The notes under the pieces: generated by a model
Database searches by the model: none
What the model saw: the letters and a program-made list of their open reading frames with translations, nothing else
Told to the model about the DNA's origin: nothing
Shown: positions 19,710-36,198 of the stretch, one piece after another
Numbering within the stretch: the stretch's first letter is position 1
How the letters are laid out: every line of letters begins with the position of its first letter
Assembly: GCF_009914755.1 (NCBI RefSeq)
Contig: NC_060947.1
Reading direction: 5' to 3' (one strand)
Origin: the human T2T-CHM13v2.0 reference genome, Homo sapiens
Length of the DNA stretch: 64,000 nt
Made by a program: the position numbers and the translations under genes

Positions 19710-21267
19710 TCAACTTATTCCTCCAGTTACTCGTAGGCAATTTTAGGAAGATCCAGCACAGTGGAAAGTGTGCTGCAAATGTAAATTGTTATATGGTGCC
19801 ATATTTTTACTTCTCGAAACCAACACAACCTATTTGAAAATGTAGTTACTAATATTAATGATAGAAAAACAAATATAGTTCAGTTTATGCTTTTTCTGAC
19901 AGTTACAAAGGTCTAGATCTGATCTATTACTTTTGCAGCAAAATCTGTAGTCCCTGTGAAACTGCATGTCTTAGATTTCAGGTGTGGTGGGTTCAGGAAT
20001 AAAAGATCAATGTATCCAGTATGTCTCAAAGTAGAACAATTTCCATGACAACTTGTTCAGCCTTCTTTAACAAAACATTTTCACAGTTCATATGCAGAAT
20101 CAACATTCTGTTGTTTGGCTCCCAGTGTATTAGTTTGTGTATGAGCTCTTATATGTTTTAATTCCGGTATCACATGGTGATATTTTTAAATATAGCAAAA
20201 TAATGCTATTACTGGACTATAAAATAACTCATTATAAATTCAGTCATTGGTTTTATGATTAACAAATAGTATATATTTAGATTAATGTGCGAATAGTAGG
20301 TCCATTGATATCATCATCAAAAACAAAGATAAATGAAGCCCCTACTATAGGCAGGCATACAATGAGGTGTGCCCTATCAGTCTTTGAGTGCTAAGGGATT
20401 GTCATCTTTTTGGGGAGATAACATATGTATATGAAGTAAGTCAGAAATACCAAGGGGCCAAAGCAGTGATGCAAGCATTACGTGATAGAAAAGTTCAGAG
20501 GAATGAGTGGTTGTTGAGTACAGGGTGCTTAAGAGTGGCTTCAAAGAGGAGACAAGCCTTGAACCAGACACTGAATTTTTCTGTCCTGTTTTTCTGTCTA
20601 AACCTACGGAAAGTGCTACATTAGGATATGTATTAGAGTTCTCCAGAGAAACAGAACCAATAAGATATATATAGATATTTAAGAGGAGATTTATTATGGG
20701 AATTGGCTCATGTGATTATGGAAGCTGAGAAGTTCCAGGATCTGCCACCTACAAACTGGAGAACCAGGAAAGCCAGTGGTGGAATTCAGTCCTAATTCAA
20801 AGGGCCTAGAACCAGGGGAGCTGATGGTATAACTTCTAGTCTGAATCCAAAGGCCTGAGATTCAGGGACAAGAGAAGATCCAAGGACAAGAGAAGATGGA
20901 TATCCCAGTTCCAGAAGAGAGAGAGTAAATTTGCCTTTCCTCCACCTTTTTGTTCTATTTGGGCACTCAACGGATTGGATTATGCCCACCTGTGTTGGTG
21001 AGGACAGTCTTCTTGACTCAGTCTACTGATTTAAATGCTAATCTCTTCTGGAAATACCCTCACAGGCACATCCAAAAATAATGTTTTACCGCTTATCTGG
21101 GTATCCAAGGTTTGAATCATAATCCCAAAAGACACAATCCTGAATGCCATCATCGCACATGTTGAAATCTTGAGTAGTCAAAATACCTAAAGTAAAAATC
21201 CTTAAAGTCTAAAATGCCTAATGTCTAAAATCCCAAAAGTCACAACTACAGAATAATTGCATCATAG

Positions 21268-21527
<260 letters not shown>

Positions 21528-21807
21528 TGTATTGTCTTTATGCTGAAGAAAATGGATTTCAATCGAATCCCCAACCCATAACAACAGATTTGGAATTAGG
21601 TATGATCAAAGTTTCTAAAATTGAATTTCAAGGTGGTATCAATAAGCTTTTTTTTTCTTTCATTCAGCTCAATGCATTTGACAGAAAATTCAGGTAAGTA
21701 GATTGGCCACACAATATGGAAACGATAAAAACTTCAGTTTAAAAATGTGTTATTTGCCTGCATTGGCATTTCTTCCAGTTGATGACATTTCAGGAGTTTT
21801 AAAAAAA

Positions 21808-22091
<284 letters not shown>

Positions 22092-22443
22092 GCTTTTAAT
22101 AAATTAAAGCCTCATTTGCCTGAAGAAGCCAGAGACGTTACTGACTGGTTCAAGAATAATTATGTGCATGGCAAGACAAGTAGATACTTATGCAATGGTG
22201 TTACTGTTTGATCACCAGTATTGTTTCTGCCAAAAGTGTGGTCTTTATATGAGTGCATGTGAAATTTCTGCATAACCCAAATAACATAGAAGCATGGCAA
22301 AGAAGATCGGAAAATTTAACAGGGAATGCTCCTGTCAGTGTATGTTGAATTAAAGAAGAATTTCAAAAAGAGCAGTGCCACATAGAAAATGAATGTGAAT
22401 GTGTTCTCCAAGAAGGGCCATGTCCTAAAGGAAAACAGCAGCA

Positions 22444-22932
<489 letters not shown>

Positions 22933-23919
22933 TCAAAATATACTTAATGATTGTGAAAGTCAGCCAGGTCTTATGAACTATCTGTGTGCAACTGCCCATA
23001 ATCTAACCCTGCAATACATTTTTTCATATGTTAAATTTTCATTTTTAATTTCTGGTTTGTTTTGTTTTTGTTTTTTCTTCTTTTTTTAAAAGTTTTCTTT
23101 TTCCACTATTTTAAATTGTCAGCATTATTTTTTACATTCTACTATGGTTCATCTTTGCATTATTTTCGATACTGGAGGTAGAAATTGTGTAAAGACTTTT
23201 GGAGAGTTCTAATTCATTGTATGCATTGTTTTGCTAATGCGTCTCCATGAAAGGGTATCATCACAGCATTAACTTTGTGTGTAGTAAGCGTTATGCGTGT
23301 ATGTAAAAACACTGAAACTTCTTCAGTAAATGAAGAGATGCCCTTTTTGTACATCTGCATTTGTGCACAGTAAAATTTCTTGAGATCTTGGCTCTTGGTG
23401 TGTTTGGTGATGTGATGGTGGTCCATTGCAATTTTTGATCCATCTCCTCAAAACACTTAGGTTGTCTGTCATAGTGTTTCAGATGACTGTGTTATAAAAC
23501 GGGACAGACAATTACCAACCAAAGTGATATGCATTTATACATTTTTTGACCTATTTCTTTATGAATAGGGTTTATCTGCTCATAACTATCTGTGTGACAG
23601 ATATATCTGTATATTAGGTAGTGTTCGTGTTTGCAAAAATATGTAAGTTATTACTGCTTATTTTATTATGTAAACTGGCTTATGAAGTGTTCTGTCATGT
23701 TTTAATGTTTCTCAAATAAATTACCCTTAAAAATAGGGAATTTATTTAATATGTAAATAAATATCTTTAAAATTTTTTTTAAATTTTTTTTCCAAATTCA
23801 TATTTTTGGGATTTTGATCTTCCAGTGTGTCAACATTCCAAATTATGACATTTGGGATTGTGTGCCAATCCCACAATCAAATTAACCATCACTACATCTT
23901 AAAACATTTTAAGTCAAAC

Positions 23920-24700
<781 letters not shown>

Positions 24701-24739
24701 TATGAGCAGTAACTGCCTTTTTTGTTGCTCTGTCACTTA

Positions 24740-25110
24740 GAGAGACTTTCCATTCGAGCAACAGAAGGCTCAATTTACTAAGCCAGTATACTGGCTTAAA
24801 CCATAAGGAGATTTATTATTGCATACGACACAAAGTTCAGGGCCCAAGTGGTCACAGAATTGGTTATAACCGTGACTTAGCAATACTATCAGGGACCCAG
24901 GTCCTTTCCATCTATTTATTTGACCATCTTCAGTCTCAGGCTTATCCTCTCATGGAGGAAAAAGGTGGCTTTAAGTGGCTTCAAGAACAGTAGCCTCACA
25001 AGGCCCCACCCAAAAGCCTGAGAAGGGAATGATCCTTCCTTAAGACTCTTTCCAAGAGGAAAGGGGAAGCCTTTCCCAAAATATCCTTCCCCTTACGTTT
25101 CACTGGCCAG
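24740..25110 (-). mobile_element. Old MLT1-type (K/L-like) MaLR LTR remnant
   Basis: gcaacagaa...ctggcttaaac...atttatt...tcagggacccagg...tttcactggccag motifs. Confidence 0.55.
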
Positions 25111-28100
25111 TAAATTTGTTAATTAACCCTTATGCTAGATATGTACAACAGAGAAGACAAGCAAAATCCTTGATCTTATGCAATGATATTTACTGGGGTC
25201 TCTAAGGTGACAGGCACCCTTTTCCCCCATCTGTTTCAAAACAATTTGAGAGAACAAACATATGGCAGGTGGAGTCAAAATATTATCTTTATTACCTTTC
25301 TAGGCCAGCTTGGAATATGTGGCTTTAGCTCTGCTAGCAAACTGTGCTTGTTAGTATAGAACCTCTGAAATAGGCAGATTTACCCACCTAGTCACAATAC
25401 TCTAAGCCCGGATACTCTCCCTACCCTCTTAAAGGGGCAGAATCCCTGTAGTAGCAGAGAACAGCAAGAAGCAAGGAGAAGAGATTCAGAGATGAGCTTG
25501 ATTGTCTCATATTTACCAATTAGACAAGTCACTTCACTTCCCCAAGGGCAGATTGAGTAAATGAGTGGAGAGAGACCAAGAAAATATCTCCAAACTTAAA
25601 TCAGAAGTGGGGAAAGGTATTTTTCCTCTAACAGATCTTAATTATTATTGAGTTTTTCTTCCACCAGAAAGTGGGAATCAATCAATGAGGTAAGTGGGCT
25701 ACAGTGTCTTTTGTTCAGCCTAAGTGAATTTTAGACAATAACGTTTTAGAATTGCTTTCTAGTAAAAATGTCTTTGTTACGTAAAGCCATACTTTAACAT
25801 AATGTGGACAAGTGGATGATATAATTGCATTTTGTTTGCATGTTCGTATGCTTGTTACATACACATTGTGTGGTTTTTCTTGTCCTTTAGCTCTTTGTTG
25901 CCACTACTGGGGCCTCCACACGTGAACATTTGCAGCCAAAATAGACCAAGTAGTTTCTGAGGCAGGAGAATCAGAGGAAATAGCCAAATCATAGATGAGA
26001 AAAGCAAGACATCAGAGCCGCAAAAATGGTACAAAGTTTGGGTTCAAGATGTTAGATGAGACTATAAATAACATAACAAGTCGCCAGGGTCAAATCTGGG
26101 ATAAGAAGAACCACTTAGGACACTGAATAAAAGATAGGTTGCTGAAGCAGATCAGAACAGAGACTACGGATAAATGATAGGATACCACTACATTGTGGGT
26201 GGAGTGCGGGTGGCCTGACTCTATGTCGTGAACATGATTGCTTAAAGGAGCTTTGCAGGGCTAGATACCAGCTGTATTCAACACATGCTCTATGAAATCC
26301 TGGGAAGGAGTGGGTCATCTTTCCACACTTTCTTGGATTGCCTGTATAAGCCAGGCTTCTGTATGGTTGGGTAGGAAATGGATTGCTTAAACATGATGCT
26401 AGTTAGAGCTAGCTTCTAAGTAGCTTTCATAACCATCCTGGAAGCTGTTGGACAGCGTAGTAATTTGGCAGATTTCTAGGTTGGCACTGTTAGCATCTTC
26501 CCCAAGCTGGGCTCTAGAATTGTGTAAGAAGGCTTGAGAAGATTCTTTCTGTGAGTCTCTCTCCATGCGGTAAGCTATGAAATACATTCACATTTTTTTA
26601 TAATAATCATTACATATCATATCAAAAAACCCACTTGGTTGTGTTTGTGGGAGTGCCCATCACTTCTACCCTAGCAAACTTTTGTTAAAATTTTTCACTT
26701 CCGTTTATGTGCAAGTATCTACAGATTTGCTCAGGATATCTCATTTCCTTCAGATTTTCCTGTTGAAATGTTCAGTAAGAATTATTTTGCAGAAATGCCA
26801 AGAAATGAGTTTTTGATTAAGATTGTAATTTTCTCACGAATGGTGCAAGAGAATAAATTTGTTGTTTGTAGCCAGGCTTCCAAAGGGATATCTCATTTAA
26901 AAGTTTAATACCAGAATTGAGGGAGGTATGTGACTGAGACCCATACATGTTTCGCTTTCTGAAAATTTTATTTTTATTTTTGATGAAAAAATTAGGCTAA
27001 ATTATGAAAATTGTAGCATTTTAATTTTAATTTCTTTAAAAATAAATAATATATTAGCTATTCTGCCCCACAGGGAAGAATATAATTGAAATACTGAATT
27101 CATTTCTTTGAGACAGAAATAGTAAGAAGTAATGGCATATTCTGACACCTTAGCTGCTTTTTTGAATCCCTGGGAGACTTGGTGGGTTGACGTAACACTG
27201 TCACATTTTTGTTAGAAAGAAACATCTTCCTTCTGTTATTTGCCAAAAGCTATTTATTTCCACTTTAGTCTATGTTTCAGATGATTCTGTATCTAGCTAA
27301 TATAAGATCATCTTTGAGGTCTATTAAGAAGCTTTGAATACATAATGGAGATTTAAAAATTAATATTATAATTTTCTTTGTAAAACAGTGCAGTCCTCTG
27401 ATGAAACAGAAAACTTTAAGAGTCCAGGAGTGGCCTATCTAGTGGTATTGGCAGGACAGAAATGGGTAGACACAAGATAACAACACTCATGATTTTGAGT
27501 TGATGATGTCAATATAATATTTATAACATTCTCTCACTAATTCTTTACTAAATACTGTTGTAATAACTGCTGTTAAAGGGCCATTAGGCCATGCAATGCA
27601 CTGTTTGGTAATTGTTTATGTGTTTACCTTCTTCTCTGAAGTGTGAGTTTTTTTATGTTTCATTTGTTTTTCCATCCCCTACAGTGTTAAACTCAGTGCC
27701 AGGCCCAATGTAGTCACTCTGAAAATGTCCACTGTTTGCTTTGTAAAGGAAAATAGTACTGGATTCATTATTCTTATTGTGATGTCAGAATTGTCAAAGT
27801 GTAAACTTCATACTAACACTGAGGTATTAAAAAGTTGCCACGTGCCCATTCTTTTTCCAAGCAGATGCATTGCTGTTAACTTCAGCTATGGGTTCTATCC
27901 TATCCTAAATTGCATGTACTCAGGGGAAAGGTGCATGATTGTGCATTTGTTAACCTCTGTGTATATGGGACTAATATTTGAGGGCAATAGTAAGATGGAT
28001 GATGTTTAAGTCTTCTAGGTCCCCCATGGGAAAGAAGAGTGAAAGTAATCAGTTATCAGGTCATCTAGCTCTCCATACTCCATCTGGCCCACTAGGCCCA

Positions 28101-29246
28101 AGGCTGCTGGCTTGCTGGGATTTGAACTCTTCTCTTGCTAATGCATATAAAAACAATTTCCTGCTTATATCCCATTTTGTTACTTTCTGAAGCAAGCTTC
28201 TGCTGTGGCTTATAAGAAGTTGTTTTACATTTTGTCATACAGGTATACATGTTGAGAGTGGGGATGGAGTGATATTTTATATTCCAATAGCGTAAGTATA
28301 ACAAGTTCCCAAATGTCTGCTTTGGCAATTTGACATCAAACGGAGGCTGCTTGCCATAGAGCCTTGTGTGAGGCTGTTTGCCTGGAACATCTTTTGCTTT
28401 TACTATTCTTCTGGCATGGTTGCCAACGTGTAGCATTGGAGGATCACTTCCCATCTTTATAACTTACCTGGGTTATCTATCGAATACTAGTGTAATTTAC
28501 AATTTAAGATAGATGGTGCCTGGAAAATATATGTACCACAACTTAGGTATCCAAATGAGAATATTCAGCTCCTTCTAAAGATCCTTACATTTCTCAAAAT
28601 ATGTTCAGAATTCCTTTTACTTTTAGAGGCAGTGATCTATCCAAACAAGGACATTTTTCTTATAACTTTAAAATGCATGTTGGACTGACAATATTATTAC
28701 CTACCTGATTCAGCATGTTTGGTTGAGTCATTTTTAAGTATTTCCAGAAATCAAAAATGGGATCATTGAATGAAGAGTTGCTACCAGTGAGGAGAAACAA
28801 GTGAACCAATGAACAAACCCCTATGAAGCATCATCCAAGTGAGTGACAAACACATTTGGAGTTGTGGCAGCAGCATTGCAATCACTACATGTCTTCCTAT
28901 GGAGATGAATTCTAAGTTAACAGTGATCATCTCCAAAATTGCATACTAGATAGGAATGAACCTCAGACACCAGGAAAACTGTGGCATGACCTGTGCAACT
29001 ATTTTATTGACCAAGCTGGACTTAATGGGGGGGTGAAATAATGAAAACACTTTAATTTCTCCAATTAGTGACTTTCAATTGCATTCTATGAGAGCTCCCT
29101 TTCTCCTCATGGACAGAATCTCAGGCAGATTCCATAGCTTTGTCAGTCACTTCCAGTTTTTAATGAGAAATCTCAGCCTAAAGTATTAAAAAGCCTAAAG
29201 TATTAAAAAGTATTTATCTGACTAGATAAAAGCAGGAACTCGGGTC

Positions 29247-29910
29247 TTTTTTTAAATTTTATTATTATTATACTTTAAGTTTTAGGGTACATGTGCACAA
29301 TGTGCAGGTTAGTTACATATGTATACATGTGCCATGCTGGTGTGCTGCACCCATTAACTCGTCATTAAGCATTAGGTATATCTCCTAATGCTATCCCTCC
29401 CCGCTCCCCCAACCCCACAACAGACCCCGGAGTGTGATGTTCCCCTTCCTGTGTCCATGTGTTCTCATTGTTCAATTCCCACCTATGAGTGAGAACATGC
29501 AGTGTTTGGTTTTTTGTCCTTGAGATAGTTTGCTGAGAATGATGGTTTCCAGTTTCATCCATGTCCCTACAAAGGACATGAATTCATCCTTTTTTATGGC
29601 TGCACAGTATTCCATGGTGTATATGTGCCACATTTTCTTAATCCAGTCTATCATTGGTGGACATTTGGGTTGGTTCCAAGTCTTTGCTATTGTGAATAGT
29701 GCCGCAATAAACATATGTGTGCATGTGTCTTTATAGCAGCATGATTTATAATCCTTTGGGTATATACCCAGTAATGGGATGGCTGGGTCAAATGGTATTT
29801 CTAGTTCTAGATCCCTGAGGAATCACCACACTGACTTCCACAATGGTTGAACTAGTTTACAGTCCCACCAACAGTGTAAAAGTGTTCCTATTTCTTCACA
29901 TCCTCTCCAA
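29247..29910 (-). mobile_element. Young L1PA (PA3-PA5-like) 3' fragment, 5'-truncated
   Basis: Near-consensus L1PA 3'UTR (ttatactttaagttttagggtacatgtgcacaa) and ORF2 C-terminus MFIAALFTIAKTWNQPKCP...CMFSLIGGN. Confidence 0.96.
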
Positions 29911-29974
29911 AGCTTCTCTACTTCCTTATAGCTTTTGGCTCAACCTAGACTCAGAAGAATCTAGTCAGAAACGT

Positions 29975-30750
<776 letters not shown>

Positions 30751-32725
30751 ACCAAAGGGACAGAGTCTTTCTTTTCTTCATTCTCATCAGCTTTTGCCAC
30801 CCTCCCCTTCCAAGCATTATGCTTCTTCTGGCTTCACTTCCACCTGCCAGATAGGATGGAGGAAAGGAAATGGGCAAAGCTTTACCTGACTGTACAGTGT
30901 TTATCTTGCATTGGTCTGCTGTGGATGTGACACACACCCCAATGCTGACTCTTCCTCTTGTACAGTGCTTTTAAGAACTCTCTGGAGACACTCCACCATG
31001 GGATCATCCCACTGCATCATCTCTATCATGGGTGATATACCCTCTAAGCTGACTACCTTTGACTCTACCCACCCCTCTCCTGCTTCTGGGAATACAACTG
31101 ATGCCTGCTTTTTTTGGGGGGATATCCCTGCCATGGCAGGCAGATCTCTTGGGCTAGGCCCCTTCCGCATGATTCACATCCGTCAATCTTCCTCAGTGTT
31201 TATTGTTGCCCATGGAAAATATTTTCACCTACCAAACTCTGGCCATGTCGGCCACTCCAGCTATAGTCCACCCTAATTTATCTTTCATCTTTAGATTCCA
31301 GATGACAGCAGAGACCAGTTTACACATTACTTAACCTTCAAGAGATATACAACAAGCTCTCCCATTCATTTTCTTGAAGTCTTCTTACTTGGCTGAAGAC
31401 TATTCCTCTGGGACAGGTCACTGTGCTCAGGGTAATAAAGGATAGGATGGTGTTTCCTTTTGAATCCTCAATGCATTAAATCCTAATGAGCTGCCGATTA
31501 GGTGAAATCCCTGAGTTTTGAGGGAACATGTAATCTCTAGCAAATTTCTTAAATAACTGGGCACGATTCCCTTTAGAGGCACTCTTCTATGAAGGCCAGG
31601 GCTTGTGTATGCTGCCTTTGTAGGAATGGGGATATGGCTTCAGACTTAACATCTCATTAACAGGGGACTTGTACTATGCCATCCTTTTCCAATAAGGAGT
31701 CTAGGCCAGCCTGGCTTTGTATGTATGTGAGACAAGTGCTGCCTGTACCGTGTGATCTCACTGTCTCTGAAAGGCACCTGCAGAGAATTAAAATAGCCAT
31801 AGTTTGTCAATAAATGATCAGTGGTGTACTGGGTTGGTGATGACAGGTGGGTAGTTAGACCTTAGGGATATATGTCACAATTGTGGCTTTTCATAAAGCT
31901 TGAGAACCCCTTATATAGTAGAATGAATATGCTCTGTGGTGTAAGAAGATTTGGGTTTAAGTTCTGATTGTGTACTCTGAGCTAGATCACATAATCTACC
32001 TAAAATCCATTTTCTTCATCTATAAAACTGAATTAATAATACTAGCGCTATTAGACTCACAGGGATGTAATGGAGACCAAATGTAATGACAGGTGTGAAA
32101 CTAATGCAGTAGAAATATAAAAAAGAATATTATTATACATGTTTAGAGTGTTTGAACCCGCTCTATACTAAGGATGAGAAAGAAGCCTTTTATCTGTTAT
32201 GTCACACTTTCTTGATGTTATTTTGGCTCAAATATAAAAACTCTATTACATAACTATGCAGACTCCAACCACATTGAAAGAAAATTATTTAAATAGGGTA
32301 ATTTTTCAGGATGCTGCAGAAGCTGCAAGTAGTAACTAGTGGCATGATTTGCAACTAAGATCCAACATTATCTTCAAAAGTTACTTATTTGGAACAGTGC
32401 TCCAGGAAATCTAATTTGAGATTATTTAAATGTCAGCAAATTAAGGGGCCCAGGTGATTAAATATAGTGTACAGATATTAAGAGCTTCAGGGATGAAGAA
32501 CAAGATCATTCTTCTCATTCTGATTAAGAATTGCTACACAGAGTTCTTTTTATAGTGTAGTAGATATTAATAAGAGCTCCTCCTTTTACTGTATACTTCT
32601 GGAAGCTCGATAGTGAATTGGAAGGGTGGAGAGAAGGGAAAATGATAGTTTTTGGTATTCTTATGACATCTGATAGCTTTCCTTTGCCTTTAAGCTAAAA
32701 CCTACTGAAAACTAAGTTGTAGAAC

Positions 32726-33136
32726 TGATATGGCTTGGACATGTGTCCCCATTCAAGTTTCACGTTGAATTATAATTCCCAGTGTTAGAACTGGGGCCTG
32801 GTGGGAGGTGATTGCATCATGGGGGTAGATTTCTTATGAATGGTTTACACCATCCCCTGCATGCTGTCCTGGAGATAGTGAATGAGTTCTTGTGAGAATT
32901 ATTTAAAAGTGTGTGGCACCTCTCTTGCTTCTGTCATGGCCACGTGACATGGCTGCTCTCCCTTCATCTTCTGCCGTGATTGTAAGGTTCCTGAGGCCAC
33001 CCCGGAAGCTGAGGGGATGCCAGCACCCTGCTTCCTATAATAGCCTGCAGAACCAGGAGCCAGTTGCATGTCGTTTCTTTATAAATTACCCAGTCTGAGA
33101 TATTTCTTTATAGCAATGTGAGAACGGCCTAACACA
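32726..33136 (+). mobile_element. MST (MSTA/MSTB) MaLR solo LTR
   Basis: TGATATGG...CCTAACACA termini; 5-bp TSD agaac / agaag. Confidence 0.9.
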
Positions 33137-33329
33137 AGAAGGTATTGTAAAATTTTTGAAATTTTCAGCTATGGCTTCTGCTCCAAGACTCATTTGTGGC
33201 CACAGTAAATTAACATTTAAAACATTTATTGAATATTTACACTATGTTAAGCAACAGGAATGGAGGGAGAAGAGAACTCACAGAAGAATGATGGTGTGAC
33301 TCCTTTGCGGAGAGTGTCTCTCAGTGTAG

Positions 33330-33506
33330 GGCAAATGTTCTGGAACTTTAGTAAGCCTAAGAATTGCCTGGAGAGCTCATGCAAATACAGATTTTCAGCA
33401 TTCACCCACAGAGCTTTTGACTCCGTGGAGTTGCGTTGGATCTCAGGAATCTTAATTACTACCCAAAACATCAGGTAATTCTTATACACATTCTAAAAAA
33501 CACTAG
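33330..33506. mobile_element. MER5-like hAT MITE remnant
   Basis: agaattgcctggagagctc...aatacagatt...ctcaggaatct...caggtaattctta pattern. Confidence 0.55.
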
Positions 33507-33825
33507 TCTGGAGAAAACATCGTATAGGTACAAAGAATTGTGGTCAAAGCAAACTTACAGAGCCTAATGGGAGTATGGCGATGACTTGTGACTGACAAAA
33601 TCTAAAGAAATCTGCAAAAGGAAGTGTAGTTTGAGCTGGAGAATGGGGGATGGGTAGGACTGCTACAGGTGAAAATAGTGAGATGGGGATGAGGAGAATT
33701 GGAGAGGCGGTAGGGAGGAGGCACTCCAGGAGGAGGGTTAGCAATTTTAAAAGTACATAATGTGAAAGCATTTAGGCCAATGGCATATAATCTGATGAAG
33801 TTGAATTGTAACATGCCTATAAAAT

Positions 33826-35128
33826 TGTACTGCATTAAACAGAATGTTTGTGTCCCCCCAAAATTCATATGTTGAAATCCTAATCCCCAACGTGATGATA
33901 TTAGGTGGTAGAATCTTTGGTAGGTGATTGGGTCAGAAAGGCAGAAATCTCATGAATAAAATTGATGCCTTATAAAAGAGACTCCAAAGAGCTCCCTTGC
34001 CCTGGAGAGTTTCTTCACCTCTTCTGCCATATAAGGACACAGTAAGAAGATGATCTATGAACCAGGAAATCAACCCTCTCCCGACACTGAATCTGTCAGC
34101 AGCTTAATCTTGGAATTTGCAGCCTCCATAACTGTAAGAAATAAATTTCTGTTATTTGTAAACTACCCGGTCTATGTTAGTTATAGCAGCTTGAATGGAC
34201 TAAGATAAACGTTGGTACTGAGACAGGAGGTACTGCTATAACAAATAACTAAAAATGTGGAATTGGCTTTGGAATTGAGTGATGGGTAGAGGATAGAAGA
34301 GTTTTGAAGTGCATGCTATAAAAAGCCTACATTGTCATAAACAATCATTAAAAGCAATGATGGTGAGGGCTCCAAAAGAAAAGAGAAGAGGTGGAGAGAG
34401 AACCTCAATTTTCTTAGAAAATACCTAGGTAATTATGAACAGAATTTTGGTAGAATTATGAACAATAAAAGCCATTCTGATAAGATTGCAAGTGGAAATG
34501 AGAAACTTTATTGGAAACTGGGAAAAAGACAATTTTTATTATAAAGTGACAAAGAGCATGGCTGAACTGTGTTTATGTTCTAGTGTTTTGTGGAAGGTAG
34601 AACTTGTGAGCAATGAAATTAGATACTTAGCTGAAGATGTTCCTAAACAAAATTAATCCTTAGGACTTCTTTTTTTTTTTTGAGATGGAGTCTCACTCTG
34701 TTGTCCAGACTGGAGTGCAATGGCACAATCCTGGCTCACTGAAACCTCTGCCTTCCAGGTTCCAGCAATTCTCCTGCCTCAGCCTTCCAAGTAGCAGGGA
34801 TTATGGGTGTGTGCCACCATGCCTGATTAATTTTTGTATTTTTAGTAGAGGTGAGGTTTCACCATCTTGGTCAGGCTGGTCTTGAACTCCTGACCTCAAG
34901 TGATCTGCATGCCTCAGCCTCCCAAAGTGCTGGGATTACAGGTGTGAGCCACTATGCGCAGCCCCTCATGACTTTGTATATTAAAATGCAAAAAGAGAGA
35001 AACAACTTAAAGACAGAATTGTTGAGCAGTAAGAAAGCAGAACTTAAAGATTTAAAAAATTCTCAGCCTATCCATATTGCAAAAAATGAGAATATGTGTT
35101 TGGGAGAGAACACTAAGGGTGTGGCCGA
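33826..35128 (+). mobile_element. MLT1A0-type LTR (33826-34207) plus truncated MaLR internal sequence, interrupted by an Alu
   Basis: gaatgtttgtgtccccccaaaattcatatgttgaaatcctaa...gaatggactaagata, followed by ttggtactgag...aaaatgtggaattggctttggaa internal region. Confidence 0.87.
34667..34963 (-). mobile_element. AluS (Sx/Sz-like)
   Basis: Alu consensus with cctcaagtgatc. Confidence 0.94.
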
Positions 35129-35484
35129 GGGCTGTGGTTGTTTTGGTGGTAGAGGCAAGAGGCAATGCAGGTGGTGGTGCTGCTCACTAAGACGCAGAAC
35201 ACACCCATGATTTGTTAGGCAGTAAAAGGTGTTGTGTTAGGCACCATGTTTGTTATGCATTCAGTTTTTAAGTTAAAATTTTTAATTCAAATCAGATATT
35301 ACATTGCTCAAAAGTTAATTTATATTACAAGTATTGAGAGGAACAACAGAAATCCCTTACTCCCACCGCGTACTCCTGTCCTGTTCGCCAGAGGCAACCA
35401 CTCTTATCTCTTTGGGCTTTTTTCTTGTTCCCTGATCTTGTATGTTTTTCTATATTTCTTAGTACTTTGCTTTTATTGCTACTT

Positions 35485-35748
35485 TTCTTTCCGTAGAGAC
35501 AGGGTCTCACTCTGTTGCCCAGGCTAGTCTTGAACTCCTTGCCTCATGTGATCTCCCAACTCAGCCTCCTGAGTAGTTAGGGTTATAGGTGTGTGCCACC
35601 ACACCTGGTTAATTTTTTATATTGGTTTTGTAGAGATGGGGTCTTGCTGTGTTGGCCAGGCTGGTCTCAAACTCCTGGCCTCAAGCAATTCTCTCACTTC
35701 AGCCTCCAAAAGCATTGGGATTACAGGCATAAGCCACTTTTCCCAGCC
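35485..35748 (-). mobile_element. Old Alu-family element made of two left-arm-like monomers (FLAM/AluJ)
   Basis: Neither arm has the right-arm ggagtgcagtgg insertion. Confidence 0.8.
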
Positions 35749-35835
35749 TGACAGCTACTTCTTAATTTTTACATTTTAGATGTTATTCATTAACTCTCAA
35801 CTATGAAAAACAGGATTTATTTTTCTTAGAGCCCC

Positions 35836-36198
35836 TGTCTTAGTCCATTTTCTGCTGCAATAACAGAATGCCAAAGACTGGATAACTTATGCACAATAGA
35901 AATTTATTTCTCATGGTTCTAGAAGCTGGGAAGTCCAATATCAAGTGCCTACATCTGGTGAGTACCTTCCTGATGCATCATCCCATGGCAGAATATGGAA
36001 GGGCAAAGGAGGGCAAGGGCAAGAGCAAAAGATTGAACCTGCAGCTTCAAGCCCTTTTATAATTGTCATGACTCCATTCGTGAGGGTGGGGAGCTCATGA
36101 CCCAAACACCTTCCTTTAGGCTCCACCTCCCAACATTGTTGCATTGGGGATTAAGTTTCCAACAGATGCTTTTTGGGAGACACATTCAAACCATAGCA
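35836..36198 (-). mobile_element. MSTD/MLT1A-type MaLR solo LTR
   Basis: tgtcttagtccattttctgctgc...cacattcaaaccatagca termini. Confidence 0.88.

Noticed and set aside
25891-26479. Possible large + strand exon after a good acceptor (LCCHYWGL...)
   Set aside because: Stops occur at about background frequency in the matching frame, so no frame could be supported.
28092-28454. 120-aa minus-strand ORF
   Set aside because: No recognisable domain, and within chance expectation for a 64-kb window.
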